64,000 nt of DNA. Origin: Cetorhinus maximus. Lineage: Eukaryota. Location of the stretch: the NCBI RefSeq assembly GCF_964194155.1, contig NC_135902.1, forward strand, positions 43,834,001-43,898,000, in the 5' to 3' direction. Below the pieces are notes generated by a model. The model worked only from the letters and a program-made list of their open reading frames with translations. It did not search any database and was not told the origin of the DNA. Numbering within the stretch: the stretch's first letter is position 1; every line of letters starts with the position of its first letter. A program made the position numbers and the translations under genes. Below, one piece after another: positions 52,701 to 62,016 of this stretch.

Positions 52701-55700
52701 CTTTATAGGGTATGTTCCAGTCCTACTCCGGCCCCCTCCCACAACTCTTTCTCCGGTACATCGATGATTACTTCGGTGCTGCTTCATGCTCTCGTCGGGA
52801 CCTGGAAAAATTTATTAATTTTGCTTCCAATCTCCACCCCTCCATCATTTTCACATGGTCCATCTCTGACACTTCTCTTCTCTTCCTTGACCTCTCTGTC
52901 TCAATTTCTGATGATAGACTGTCCACCAATATCCATTACAAGCCTACCGACTCCCACAACTACCTCGACTACAGCTCCTCACATCCCGCTTCCTGTAAGG
53001 ACTCCATCCCATTCTCTCAGTTCCTTCGCCTCCATTGCATCTGTTCCGATGACGTTACCTTCAAAAACAGCTCCTCTGACATGTCCTCCTTCTTCCTTAA
53101 CCGAGGTTTTCCACCCACGGTCGTTGACAGGGCCCTCAACCGTGTCCGGCCCATCTCCCGCACATCCGCCCTCACGCCTTCTCCTCCCTCCCAGAAACAT
53201 GATAGGGTCCCCCTTGTCCTCACTTATCACCCCACCAGCCTCCGCATTCAAAATATCATCCTCCGCCATTTCCGCCAACTCCAGCATGAAGCCACCACCA
53301 AACACATCTTCCCTTCACCCCCCACCCCCCGCTAGCGGCATTCCGTAGGGATCGTTCCCTCCAGAACACCCTGGTCCACTCCTCCATCACCCCCTACTCC
53401 TCAAACCCCACCTATGGCACCTCCCCATGCCCACGCAGAAGATGCAACACCTGCCCCTTCACTTCCTCTCTCCTCACCGTCCAAAGGCCCAAACACTCCT
53501 TTCAAATGAAGCAGCATTTCACTTGCATTTCCCCTAACTTAGTCTACTGCATTCGTTGCTCCCAATGCGGTCTCCTCTGCATTGGAGAGACCAAACGCAA
53601 ACTGGGCGACCGCTTTGGAGAACACCTGCGATCTGTCAGCAAGAAAGACCCAAACCTCCCTGTCGCTTGCCATTTTAACACTCCACCCTGCTCTCTTGCC
53701 CACATGTCTGTCCTTGGCTTGCTGCATTGTTCCAGTGAAGCCCAACTCAAACCGGAGGAACAGCACCTCATCTTCTGACTAGGCACTTTACAGCCTTCCG
53801 GGCTGAATATTGAATTCAACAACTTTAGATCTTAAACTACCCCCCCCCGCCCCGTTTCTTCCCCCTCCCTTTTGTTTGTTTTTTTTCAATAATTTGTATA
53901 GATTCTTCTTTTCCCACCTATTTCCATTATTTTTAAATCTACAACCAATACCCTGTCAGTCTTTCCACCCCACCCCCACTAGAGCTGTACCTTGAGTATC
54001 CTGCCATCCATTCTTAATTAGCACTTTTCTTAGATAATATCACCACCTTCAACACCTCTTTGATCCTTTTGTCTGTGACATCTTTTGATTATCTGCTCCT
54101 ATCACTGCTTGCTTGTCCCCACAACCACCCCACCCTCAACTTCTCTCCCCCCGCCCCCCACCTTAAACCAGCTTATATTTCACCCCTCTCCTAACTATAC
54201 TTCAGTTCTGTTGAAGGGTCATGTTGGACTCGAGACGTCAACTCTTTTCTTCTACACCGATGCTGCCAGACCTGCTGAGTTTTTCCAGGTAATTCTGTTT
54301 TTGTTTTAGCTCCAAGTTATGCTGCTGACACTTTTAAACCCTGATAGACTTGTGGGCAAACTCAAGCTGAAGTATCTTTCTGGGATTGCTTGTATCTCTC
54401 CAATTCTAGTATCGCATGCAAGCAATCCTTCTTGTAAATTTGGTGAAAGAAGCCAGACCAGTGGATCACAGGAGGCGTAATACTGGAGTCCAACCGTGTC
54501 TTAAGTCAACAGTACCAACATGCAAGTTTTTTCAACAGGAGTCACTGGATTGTTATCAGGAGCTTTAACCAAATCTGTTTTTCTCTTCCCAGCTACTCAC
54601 TCCCATTCCCACATCCACTATTTCTGCCAAGAAAGATCAACAATTCAGCTCAGATCATGATCCAACGTAGCCTATATGTTACACATACCACTAATCCTTT
54701 GGAAAAGCAAGTCTGTACTCACTATTTGACCAGATAGCTAAGCATATTCAGAGAATTTTACATTACAAGAAATACTGTTACATATTATTTACAAAAAGAG
54801 GAAATAGTATGGGGACCTACAAAACAATGCTAGTCACTACACCTCTGCTAGAGTTTATTCCATTTGTCACCCAGTTGTGCTGTCAATTGCCAAACAGTTG
54901 TCAGTCAGCAAGCAACCAAGTTCTAGAATAATTTCTGTAGGCATTTAACAAGTTTAGAAACAATTTTTAAAGCAACTGGCATTGATAGACCCACATACCT
55001 GCTGAAGACTCACTTGTGATGGATGCCAACGTGTTAAAGAGAAGGCCGCTGGTCAGTGTGGTATCTGGCACTTTTCCTTCAGTCGGTGTATAAAACACAG
55101 CTTGAGCCTGGTACAATGTGGTGGCTAACAGTTCAACAAGTGAACATACCTGTGCCTTAATACCAGCACCTAAAGACATAACACTAATTAATTTCTGTAA
55201 GGTTCAACGTGTGAATAAGCTTTTCAATCCTTACAAGTAACATCAAGATAGGATAGAGTTTGTAATCCATTAGGATCAGCCCTAATAATTGGTTACAATA
55301 AATACAGTTTTCCTTTCTCATTTATCCAAAGACTAGATTCAAACAGGACTCCTTTTTCTACAGAAATAAGTGCTCACCATGGTGGGGTTGATTAAGTAAC
55401 TGTTGAATCGCTGATTTTCTAGCTAGAAGGAAATCAGCGAGAGCTTGGCGTGGTGAACTATCTTCCAGGAGCATTATGGAACAAAGAGCCTCTGCAATAG
55501 CTTGGTCTGATACTGCTCGGCCCTTCAGAAGCGTTTTACTCTCTTGTAAAATGGACGCTCTAGAAAAAACAAACAGATTGACTTAGAACCTGTATTGATC
55601 CCATTTCAGAGCAGAATGAAGCTTTCATTTCAATTAAGAGACAAAGCTGAATGATTAAGAAGGAATGAAATGTAGAACAAAGTGTGCTCATTTCTGATCA

Positions 55701-58700
55701 TGTAATGGAAAGAACAGGAATATTTGCACTTTGCATCCAATAATTATAAGCTACTTCACGTTCCATTTGTATCCTATAAAACTACAGCTCCACTGTATTA
55801 GTCACTCATTCCACTTGAACACCATCATCAGGAGTCCGAAACTGTCTACTGCTGCTTCGTGCCAACAATCTTTGTGATCACTCCGGCTGAGAATGTTAAA
55901 TTCATACTAACTACAACTGATTCAAAAGGCAGTTGTGTGCTGTAGTTTTAAATTCAACAGGAAATTAATTAAAATTTATTTCATTCATAGTTGCAATATC
56001 ACTGCAAAATTGCTAAACTTATGTGCAAACAAATGAAGTTACTAGAATCTTGCGCCGAAAGATGGGAATATACTTTTTATCCAATCCTGGATAGTGGGTC
56101 ACACTAGTTGTGGGGCTGGTAAAGAGCTTTGTGCCCGATACTAAGTGGATTTTATACCCCAAGTGAACTTCATTCTATTAAGGATGTGTGGTTGAGGGAG
56201 AGAGAACCCCACTAACTGGATCAGCTAGGAAGATTTTCAGTTGTGGCAATAGGAATGGGAACTTGTGTTATAACGCTGACCCACATCCTTGCAGTTATTT
56301 GTTGGCATCTTGAGAAGGCTGCCAAGCGTGATGTTTGGCTGTAATACAGAACAAAAAAAAGGAACAGCCTTGTTCAGAAAACTGCTGCCTCTGGCTGGCA
56401 CTCCATCAATCATTCGAAAGAACCAATCCAAAGACCAATTTGCACTCAGAATAGCTAGATCCTATCTAAAGCTGCACAGCACTGCATCCTCTTAAACAAG
56501 TTACAGATTGGCCCTGTCTTAGAAACCTTATTTCCCAGTTCTGCAGTAAATCAACATAATGCTTTAGCAAATGGGAAAATTCAGATGAGCAAGGAAATGG
56601 GAAACCCTAACTTGATGACAACTTTTTAAAATATAAAATAACGACACAGTCACCATGAATAATCTCACACTACAGAGTGGTGGGTAACAACAGCAACCCC
56701 AAGATGAATTATATGGCACCTTTAAAGTAGTAAAAATGTCCCTTGCTGCTTCACAGGAGCAACCTTAACTCCTGTTAACTCATTGTTTGAGAGAGCAGTT
56801 AACTCATTGTTTGAGAGAGAAGCAACCAAAACATTGCAAGTTTATTGAGGAATTGGACACAGTGGGAAAATTACAAAATATTCAATGCTATACAATACGG
56901 AGGAAAACTATGGTAACATATTGCACAACTCTTCTCCACAAATGTACCATACTCTCTTTAGTTACAAATATCTAACTCTTGACGGGGTGTCTCAAATGTA
57001 AATACTCGAGATAGATGACACTGTGGATCAGCCGCCCATTATAAAAAGAGCCCGACTTTATTTCTACAGTTGCAGATGTATCCCACTAGATAAAATGGCT
57101 GATGGTGGCTGAAAACTGGTATAAGTCTGGAAGTTCTTAAGAAAACTACTTTTCAGTCAGTGACTCAATAATTATTTAACAATAGAAGCCACCTTCAAGA
57201 TCATAACCAGAACATAACACCACAAGAGTTGCTGGTGGTTCTTCAGTTGGTATTCACAATGCAAGGAGTTTTTAAGAGCCAGAGCTACACCTCAGTATTG
57301 TATTAATTAAATTCTAACAAGCTACACCTCAGTATTGTATTAATTAAATTCTAACAATGAATCTTGACATCGTGTCTCCTGTTTTGTGAAAGTTTTTTTT
57401 CCTAGCTTGTGTTGTGTCCGAAACTCTGCCCCTTGATCAATGAAGTTCAAGCACAGAATTTACCACTGTCTTTTCAATAGGAGCGTTGAAACAGATGCCC
57501 ATGAGATAGCTTAGACTTTCCAGCTGACAGATCTGTAAACATTTCCAAGGGCTTTTTTATGTTTTCAACAACTACCAAGATTAATTCCAAAACAACTGCA
57601 CTTTGCTGTCATTTAACAAACCCGGCTTAAAACTATCATAATCCTCAAAGGCAGACGATTTCACAGGCATACAGCCAAAACTAGAAAGATGTAGAAACAT
57701 GTGAAAGATGATTCTAAAAACACTGCAACACTTCTGCTCAAACCTCCAAAATCGGTATTAAAACAATGCAAATATATTAAAATAATGGTAATTGACTGCC
57801 AAATGAAGTGAGAGTTATTTTTATTCATGACTGACTAACCTGAAGTGACCTGCTGCTGCTACTTGTCGAACAAGGATGGGAAAGCGGGCCAGAACAGGAC
57901 TGTAATAGGAACCAGAGGAGTCCAACTGGAGGATACTATGAATGTGACAGCACAGCAGATACATTTGAGTAGCATGGAGATATTGTGATGACTCTAAGGC
58001 ACTCCAAATTTTCTCTGGCATATTCAGAAGGAGCTTGATCTGTGCTGCCATACTGTAGAATTTCTCCTGGGATTGTTGCTGAGCCTGAAGCAAAAACATA
58101 AAATCACTGTCTGCATTTTACATTACTGTTGCTCACACCTCTGTACCTAGTTTAAAGATTAAGTCTACCAAGATCATATTAACCATATAAAGCCTACTTT
58201 TACTTTCAGAGATACGGACTGATCTGCTGGCTTTATTCTGATCTGTCTCATTGTCAAAACATCTCCCTCAATTGCTTTTCATTCAAGTCTGATTATTCCC
58301 GTGGCCTAAGGTGCCATCTCTGGCTCCCCCTCCCCAACCTCCGTGATCTGTTGTCCCCCTACAACTCAATTTATGATGATGGAGTCAGTTTCCACATACT
58401 ACTACTATAACCTGCTGCCTTTTTCCACATCAAGTCACGGATGGTCCTGAATTTTCTCCAACTAAATGTTGCAAAACCGATGCCACCCTTTTCAGTTCTT
58501 ACCATAAAATACGCATCTTAGGTCCAAATTCATTCTTTCCCTGGGGAAACATTACTCCCCCCCGCCCTCTCATTTGGAGGACAAAGTGCGGGAGCGGGCA
58601 CGCCTCCGATTGGAGGCGTGCCACCATTTTACGTGGGTGGGCCAATTAAGGCGTGACGCTCGGAAGCATTATGCGCTCCCTGTGCGGGCAGGGGGGATTC

Positions 58701-61447
58701 CCTGAGCCGGGAGTGCGCTCTTTCGCACATGCACACGTAACAGCGCACAGATCTCCCTGAGGCTAAGTGCTGCCTCAGAGAGATCGGCTCCGAATTAAAA
58801 TTTGTAATACAAATGATAAAAAAATTTCCCTGACATGTCCCCTCATGTGACCCTGTCACATGAGTTGGGACATGTCCATAACTTTTATTGAAACCTTTAA
58901 TAAAAATTTAAATACCCCCATGAAACCTCATCCCGCCCGTGGATGAGGTTTCATGCCTTTTCCGAAGCCAGCCTGGGTTCCCGGCCTGCCTGCCTACCTT
59001 AAGGTTGGACGGGCAGGTCCAATAATGACTTTAATTAGTTTTTCAATGGCCTCAATGGGCCGTTGACAGGTCGGCGAGCACGCAGCTGACTTGGCTGTGC
59101 CCCCACCAACCTGAAAACAGAAATGACGCGGGTTGACATCGGGAGTTCCAACCGACATCATCCCTTGTCATTTTACATGTTGGCGAGCAGGTCCCACCCC
59201 CGCTCGCTGACCAGAAGATCCTGCTCCTGGTGTTTATTACTGAACTCTATGTATACAACATTGATGACCTAATTTATGAATAAATTTCGAACCATATACA
59301 ATGGCAGTGCAAGATGGCACCCTAACTGGCAGTTGTCTACTAGGTCCTTCTCCTTTGCAATTTGATCCACTGCCATTCTTATTCCTGAACAACACCCACA
59401 GGCAGCGAGCTGCCAACCCCATATAATCTCTACTACTTACATCACCATTCCATCTAAAACCCTCATCTATGCCTCTGTTAATTCCAGATTCTTCCATTCC
59501 AAAGATGTATTCATCAATCTACCATTCTTCAACCTCTACATTACTTCAGCCCAAAACTCAGCTGGCCATACTCTTTCCTGAAGAATTTCCTCCAGCACAA
59601 AAACATTTAAAATTCTTATTCTCATGTTTAAGTCCCTCCGTGGCCTCACTCCTCCCAATCTCTAATATTTTCCAGCCCTTCAGGAAATCACTATTCGTTT
59701 GATGCCAGCTCCTCGTACATCTCTCCCTTTCCTTCACCCTACAATTGGTGGCAATGCCATCAGCCACCTAAGCATCAGACTGGAATTCCCTTCATAAATC
59801 CTTCCACCTCTTCGCCAAAGGATTTGTTCACTATTTTTAATATCTTCTTATTTGGTACAATATCCTTTTTTTTTAAGATTACACTGCTTAGATTTTTCTG
59901 CATTAAAAGTTGCTTTATAAATCCAATTTCATGTACTGTCAGCAAGGTGCCTTTTTCCACTTTAAATATCATCTGTCTCTGCCCATACCACCACCTCAAA
60001 TCCACATCAATATTATGGTCATCACTCAGATCAACTTTGCCAACCCTTTGACTAAAACATTGCTGCATGTATCCAAACCGACACTAATTCCCAAGCGTCT
60101 ATCACCCATCTCACCTTCAGCAGTCTCTATTTTATAAACTAGAATTCTCTCCCTCAACTCCTCTCACATCAGTATGCCTTATCCTACTTTCGGAAACATC
60201 CTCAAAAACTAATCTCTTTGGCCATACATTTATTTGGTTACTTCTCCTGACTATACAACTAATGCTGGATACTGTTCTTTTGGTCAGTTAAACACCATGA
60301 GATGTTTACTTTGTTATAACAAGTACTATTAATACAAATTGTAAATGCTGGGTGAGTTAGGTGTTTGCTAATGTCATAATAAAACACCGAAAACATGTTA
60401 GCTGAAAATTGATAAACGCAAAAATACGTAATACCGTATGCAGACCATTATAAGCTTAGTGCTGCTTTAGACACCAGTAAAAATTGTACCAGAATGAATT
60501 CATAAAGAAGAGACCAGTGGAATGGGGGGTAGAGAGAAGATAAGAAATAGGAGGCAGAGTAAGTCACGCTGCCCCTCGAGCCTGGTACTGTTCAATAAAA
60601 TTATGGTTGATCTTTGGCTTCATCCCCACTTTCCCCCCTATTCCTACTACATTCCTTAACCCCCATAGCATCTAAAAATACTCAACAATTGAGAATCCAC
60701 AGCTCTTTGGGATAGAGTATTCCAAAAATTTCACAGCCTCCTGATTGAAGAAATTACTAATCTCAGTCCAAAACGATCGGCCCTTATCCTGAGACTGTGC
60801 CCCCTAGTCCTGATGAAAGGTCACAGGTCCGTAACGCTGACCCTGTTCCTCTCTTCACAGATGTGAGCATTTTCTGTTTTTATTTCAGATTTCCAGCGCC
60901 ACCCCCCCACCTCCCTCCCTCAGTGTTTTTTTGCTTTGGGCCGCCTAGTTCTAGGTTCTCCAGCCAGGGGAAAACAGCCCCCTCAGCATCTACCCTGTCA
61001 AAACTCAACAGAAAAATAAGCTGCAATAATGAGTGGCACAGCTTTTTGTCCCTTTCGGCCCCTGTGATGAGGACACTATATAAACCCGGGGCTGTTGTGC
61101 AGAATTGGGCTGGCAGGCGCACACACACACACCTGGCTGCGCTTGGCCGTGTGAGGAGCGGCTCTGCCGGTGGCGGACGGTTTGATGCGGGTGCAGTACT
61201 CGTACATGTCCCGCACCGAGGTGACCACCTTCTCGGAGCACAGCCTCATGTCGGCGATGGTGTCGGCTGCCTCGATCAGGTCGCGGTACCTCTCGCCCAC
61301 CATCTGGCGCAGCTCCTCCTTCTTCTGCTCGATCTCAGCGCGGACCCTCCGCTCCACCTGCCGGATCTCCTCGGTGCCGTAGCGCTCGAAGAGGGAGCCG
61401 GGGTCCTGGATGTCGCTGACCCGCAGGTTCCTGGCGGACACGGCCAT
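25640..61447 (-). CDS. COG1: COG1 (conserved oligomeric Golgi complex subunit 1), 14 coding exons, about 987 aa
   Basis: Exons joined by hand: 315+245+182+171+157+211+801+147+162+128+109+110+79+147 = 2964 nt, in frame, all GT-AG. N-terminal Vps51/COG1 motif (EIEQKKEELRQMVGERYRDLIEAADTI) and C-terminus SLFKLGWLSSMTK* match vertebrate COG1. Confidence 0.97.
27110..27152. repeat. Tandem duplication, period 24
   Basis: CAATCCACAACATTCTAAA occurs twice. Confidence 0.9.
29650..32806 (+). mobile_element. Decayed RTE-clade LINE in COG1 intron 13
   Basis: Fragmented APE (QET.LAESGSLK). RT pieces GKAPGAD, KGDHSDCNNY, PESQCGFR, FIDLTKAF, LLYADD and YLGS. C-terminal CSKCGRDC zinc finger. RTE-like 3' end CCATCTTCTCATGAGAAGGAAGGCTGCC. 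Many stops and frameshifts. Confidence 0.88.
32852..33422 (-). mobile_element. MITE copy 3
   Basis: Reverse orientation relative to copy 1. Right end AAAATTCTGCCC. CAC/CAC 3-bp flanks. Confidence 0.8.
33624..33702 (-). CDS. COG1: COG1 coding exon 13
   Basis: Acceptor tttccag|A, donor CAG|gtcagt. Encodes (R)FGLLPLSMASSRKPK...KNQ. 79 nt. Confidence 0.93.
34698..34807 (-). CDS. COG1: COG1 coding exon 12
   Basis: Acceptor tttag|GTA, donor CG|gtaaat. Encodes VLFGLLTGTEKQY...NSQEPHNILPLASSQI. 110 nt. Confidence 0.95.
35554..35662 (-). CDS. COG1: COG1 coding exon 11
   Basis: Acceptor aacag|G, donor TCA|gtgagt. Encodes VADALESHIDPFDLDVFTPHLNNNL...QRTS. 109 nt. Confidence 0.95.
35774..35901 (-). 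CDS. COG1: COG1 coding exon 10
   Basis: Acceptor cttcag|ATT, donor AG|gtacgg. Encodes FPLTQNRALQLLFDLRYL. 128 nt. Confidence 0.95.
38042..38203 (-). CDS. COG1: COG1 coding exon 9
   Basis: Acceptor gatag|CCA, donor AAG|gtacgt. Encodes PSWYVQSLLFNFCQEVNRVGGHALPKVTLQELL. 162 nt. Confidence 0.95.
38920..39380 (+). mobile_element. Old CR1-like fragment
   Basis: Degenerate MHIGRK, RRVTRLI and RL*GDL.EV.KI-like remnants. Confidence 0.55.
40635..41120 (-). mobile_element. CR1/HER1-like LINE 3' fragment
   Basis: ORF 40770-41126 encodes [29 protein letters not shown]. Same family as 13080-13613. Confidence 0.92.
41755..41901 (-). CDS. COG1: COG1 coding exon 8
   Basis: Acceptor ttaag|GCT, donor CAG|gtttga. 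Encodes ALVYRFTQ...ATNWDEIEIQEETEAGNSVTSKIRLPVQ. 147 nt. Confidence 0.95.
44136..44936 (-). CDS. COG1: COG1 coding exon 7 (large exon)
   Basis: Acceptor ctgtag|GCA, donor AAG|gtcagt. 801 nt open frame including MKAQALTLCVQSFCSALDSKLKVKLDD and VLFMARLCQSIGELCPHLKQC. Confidence 0.95.
45105..46030. mobile_element. Second-family PLE remnant: inverted pLTR pair (45105-45419 minus, 45571-46030 plus)
   Basis: The arms are reverse complements. The plus arm encodes HLLEVTYIRLQGPVLCKQKEHV, resembling a PLE GIY-YIG C-terminus. A CR1 3' end sits between the arms at about 45421-45570. Confidence 0.75.
46035..46760 (-). mobile_element. Old L2-like 3' fragment
   Basis: Purine-rich plus strand homologous in reverse to 2030-2576, including LKT.IFDQA and the tail. 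Confidence 0.6.
47210..47420 (-). CDS. COG1: COG1 coding exon 6
   Basis: Acceptor aaag|G, donor CAG|gtagat. Encodes CKDDIKMGIGNLLIYVKSLKGLAGIRDAVWELL...FLDRLQ. 211 nt. Confidence 0.95.
47821..48117 (+). mobile_element. tRNA-derived SINE with RTE-like body and (GGA)n tail
   Basis: A-box-like TGGTTCAGTGG, B-box-like GGCTCAAGTCC, Bov-A/RTE-like segment GAAGGCAATGGCAAACCACCGCAGTACTTTGCCAAG. TSD ATAGGATTATGG (47809-47820) / ATAGGGTTATGG (48118-48129). Confidence 0.8.
49924..50080 (-). CDS. COG1: COG1 coding exon 5
   Basis: Acceptor ttgcag|AC, donor AT|gtaagc. Encodes RGITVLKDEMKSETWFKYLPPSIVDFQPPLRTLAHPI...QQWIN. 157 nt. Confidence 0.95.
50306..51015 (+). repeat. 5' pseudo-LTR (pLTR) of the PLE
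   Basis: About 710-nt near-identical copy of 53597-54307 containing the endonuclease C-terminus, the 3' UTR and the hammerhead-like motif. Confidence 0.92.
50912..50951 (+). ncRNA. Minimal type I hammerhead-ribozyme-like motif in the 5' pLTR
   Basis: AGTT-CTGTTGA-A-GGGTC(atgttg)GACTC-GAAA-CG-TC-AACT. Stem I AGTT/AACT, stem II GGGTC/GACTC, GAAA box, ACGT palindrome. Core reads CUGUUGA rather than CUGANGA. Confidence 0.7.
51064..53833 (+). pseudogene. PLE RT/GIY-YIG polyprotein ORF, disrupted
   Basis: Split across ORFs 51064-52767, 52712-53335 and 53506-53778. Frameshifts near 52713 and 53320-53335. Premature TGA at 53776-53778, which is CGA in the 5' repeat copy. Confidence 0.9.
53597..54307 (+). 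repeat. 3' pLTR of the PLE
   Basis: Direct repeat of 50306-51015 with scattered substitutions. Confidence 0.92.
54204..54243 (+). ncRNA. Hammerhead-like motif in the 3' pLTR, with GAAA mutated to GAGA
   Basis: Same fold as 50912-50951 but reads GACTC-GAGA-CGTC. Confidence 0.55.
54999..55169 (-). CDS. COG1: COG1 coding exon 4
   Basis: Acceptor tttag|GT, donor AG|gtatgt. Encodes GAGIKAQVCSLVELLATTLYQAQAVFYT. 171 nt. Confidence 0.95.
55378..55559 (-). CDS. COG1: COG1 coding exon 3
   Basis: Acceptor ttctag|A, donor G|gtgagc. Encodes ASILQESKTLL...EALCSIMLLEDSSPRQALADFLLARK...NQPHH. 182 nt. Not in the ORF track. Confidence 0.95.
56774..56819. repeat. Tandem duplication, period 24
   Basis: GTTAACTCATTGTTTGAGAGAG occurs twice, separated by CA. 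Confidence 0.9.
57283..57356. repeat. Perfect 37-bp tandem duplication
   Basis: AGCTACACCTCAGTATTGTATTAATTAAATTCTAACA occurs twice. Confidence 0.95.
57840..58084 (-). CDS. COG1: COG1 coding exon 2
   Basis: Acceptor ttcag|GCT, donor AG|gttagt. Encodes EKFYSMAAQIKLLLNMPEKIWS...RQVAAAGHFR. 245 nt. Confidence 0.95.
58544..59226 (-). mobile_element. MITE copy 4
   Basis: Same internal palindromes as copies 1 and 3. Degenerate TIRs. CTG/CTG 3-bp flanks. Confidence 0.78.
60807..60900 (+). mobile_element. Short PLE pLTR-derived fragment nested in a CR1 remnant
   Basis: CTGATGA-A-AGGTC...GTAA-CG, followed by TTTTCTGTTTTTATTTCAGATTTCCAGC as in the pLTR. The host CR1 piece runs about 60540-61000 on the minus strand. 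Confidence 0.65.
61133..61447 (-). CDS. COG1: COG1 coding exon 1 (MAVSARNLRV...KRSQ)
   Basis: ATG in Kozak context (GCGCCATGG). Encodes LFERYGTEEIRQVERRVRAEIEQKKEELRQMVGERYRDLIEAADTI. Donor CAG|gtgtgt. 315 nt. Confidence 0.96.
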
Positions 61448-61914
61448 GGCGCCGGGAGGGAAACGGTCGCTCCTCCACCCCGGTAGCGAGTGATCGGCAG
61501 AGCCAGGCCTCGCACAGTCTAACCTCCCGATTTAAACAAAAAAACGCCACCGGAGAATCGGCCACGGAACAACCGGTAAACAATGGCTGTTTAGTCGCTG
61601 CTTTCCCTTCAGCAGGAACCCTCTCTCCAAACAGACGTGGCCCTCAGCGATGGGGGAGCATAATGCGCTTGCGCGCGGGGACGAAGCCGCGGCGGTGCAT
61701 GCGCAGTAGTCGAACCGGCCGGGTGGACGCGTGCGCACTTCTTGAATCACTCCGGCTGACGCGTGCGCCTTGATGGAACGGGGTCCGGTCGACGCATGCG
61801 TATTTGTGGTGGTGTGGCTGCGCCTGCGCCATTCATTTTCTACACCCCCCCCCTCCCCCCACCACCCTGGCTGGGCTTGGGGGAATGAGGGGGGCGGGGC
61901 GGCTGTCTCCGAGC

Positions 61915-62016
61915 GGAAGTTCACAGGTGAGTGAGTGAGCGAGCGAGCTCTCCGCCCAGAGGCTATAATGTGGGAGTGAAGCCTGGAGTGGCGGTGACAC
62001 TGGATCTGTCCGATCG
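61915..62016 (+). other. Putative non-coding first exon of an unidentified divergent gene
   Basis: Two consensus donors just downstream of the GC/ETS motifs: CAG|GTGAGT (GT at 61927) and TCG|GTAAGT (GT at 62017). A strong acceptor (T-tract, TTTTTGCAG ending 63991) sits at the window end. Confidence 0.5.

Larger units (their letters stand above)
50306..54307 (+). mobile_element. Penelope-like retroelement (Neptune-type), near full length, in COG1 intron 4, antisense to COG1
   Basis: RT motifs IKPADKG, YLLPKIHK, GRPIVS, MDVQSLYT, GVAMGTRMGP and RYIDD. Cys-rich linker CPRRRCNTC. GIY-YIG-type VYCIRCSQCGLLCIGET. Direct repeats about 50306-51015 and about 53597-54307. Flanking TTAGCTCCAAG duplication. 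Confidence 0.95.

Noticed and set aside
51160-53348. Many alternative-frame and antisense ORFs within the PLE
   Set aside because: By-products of the C/T-rich strand bias of the element. Only the RT/endonuclease frames carry motifs.
50306-54307. LTR retrotransposon or endogenous retrovirus interpretation of the direct repeats
   Set aside because: No TG...CA ends, PBS, gag, protease or integrase. The repeat includes endonuclease coding sequence, which is diagnostic of a PLE pLTR.
60797-61486. 229-aa plus-strand ORF
   Set aside because: Antisense shadow of GC-rich COG1 exon 1 joined to TE fragments.
61664-61830. CRISPR-like repeat-spacer array
   Set aside because: Eukaryotic promoter context, repeats only 12 bp and degenerate, and no cas genes.
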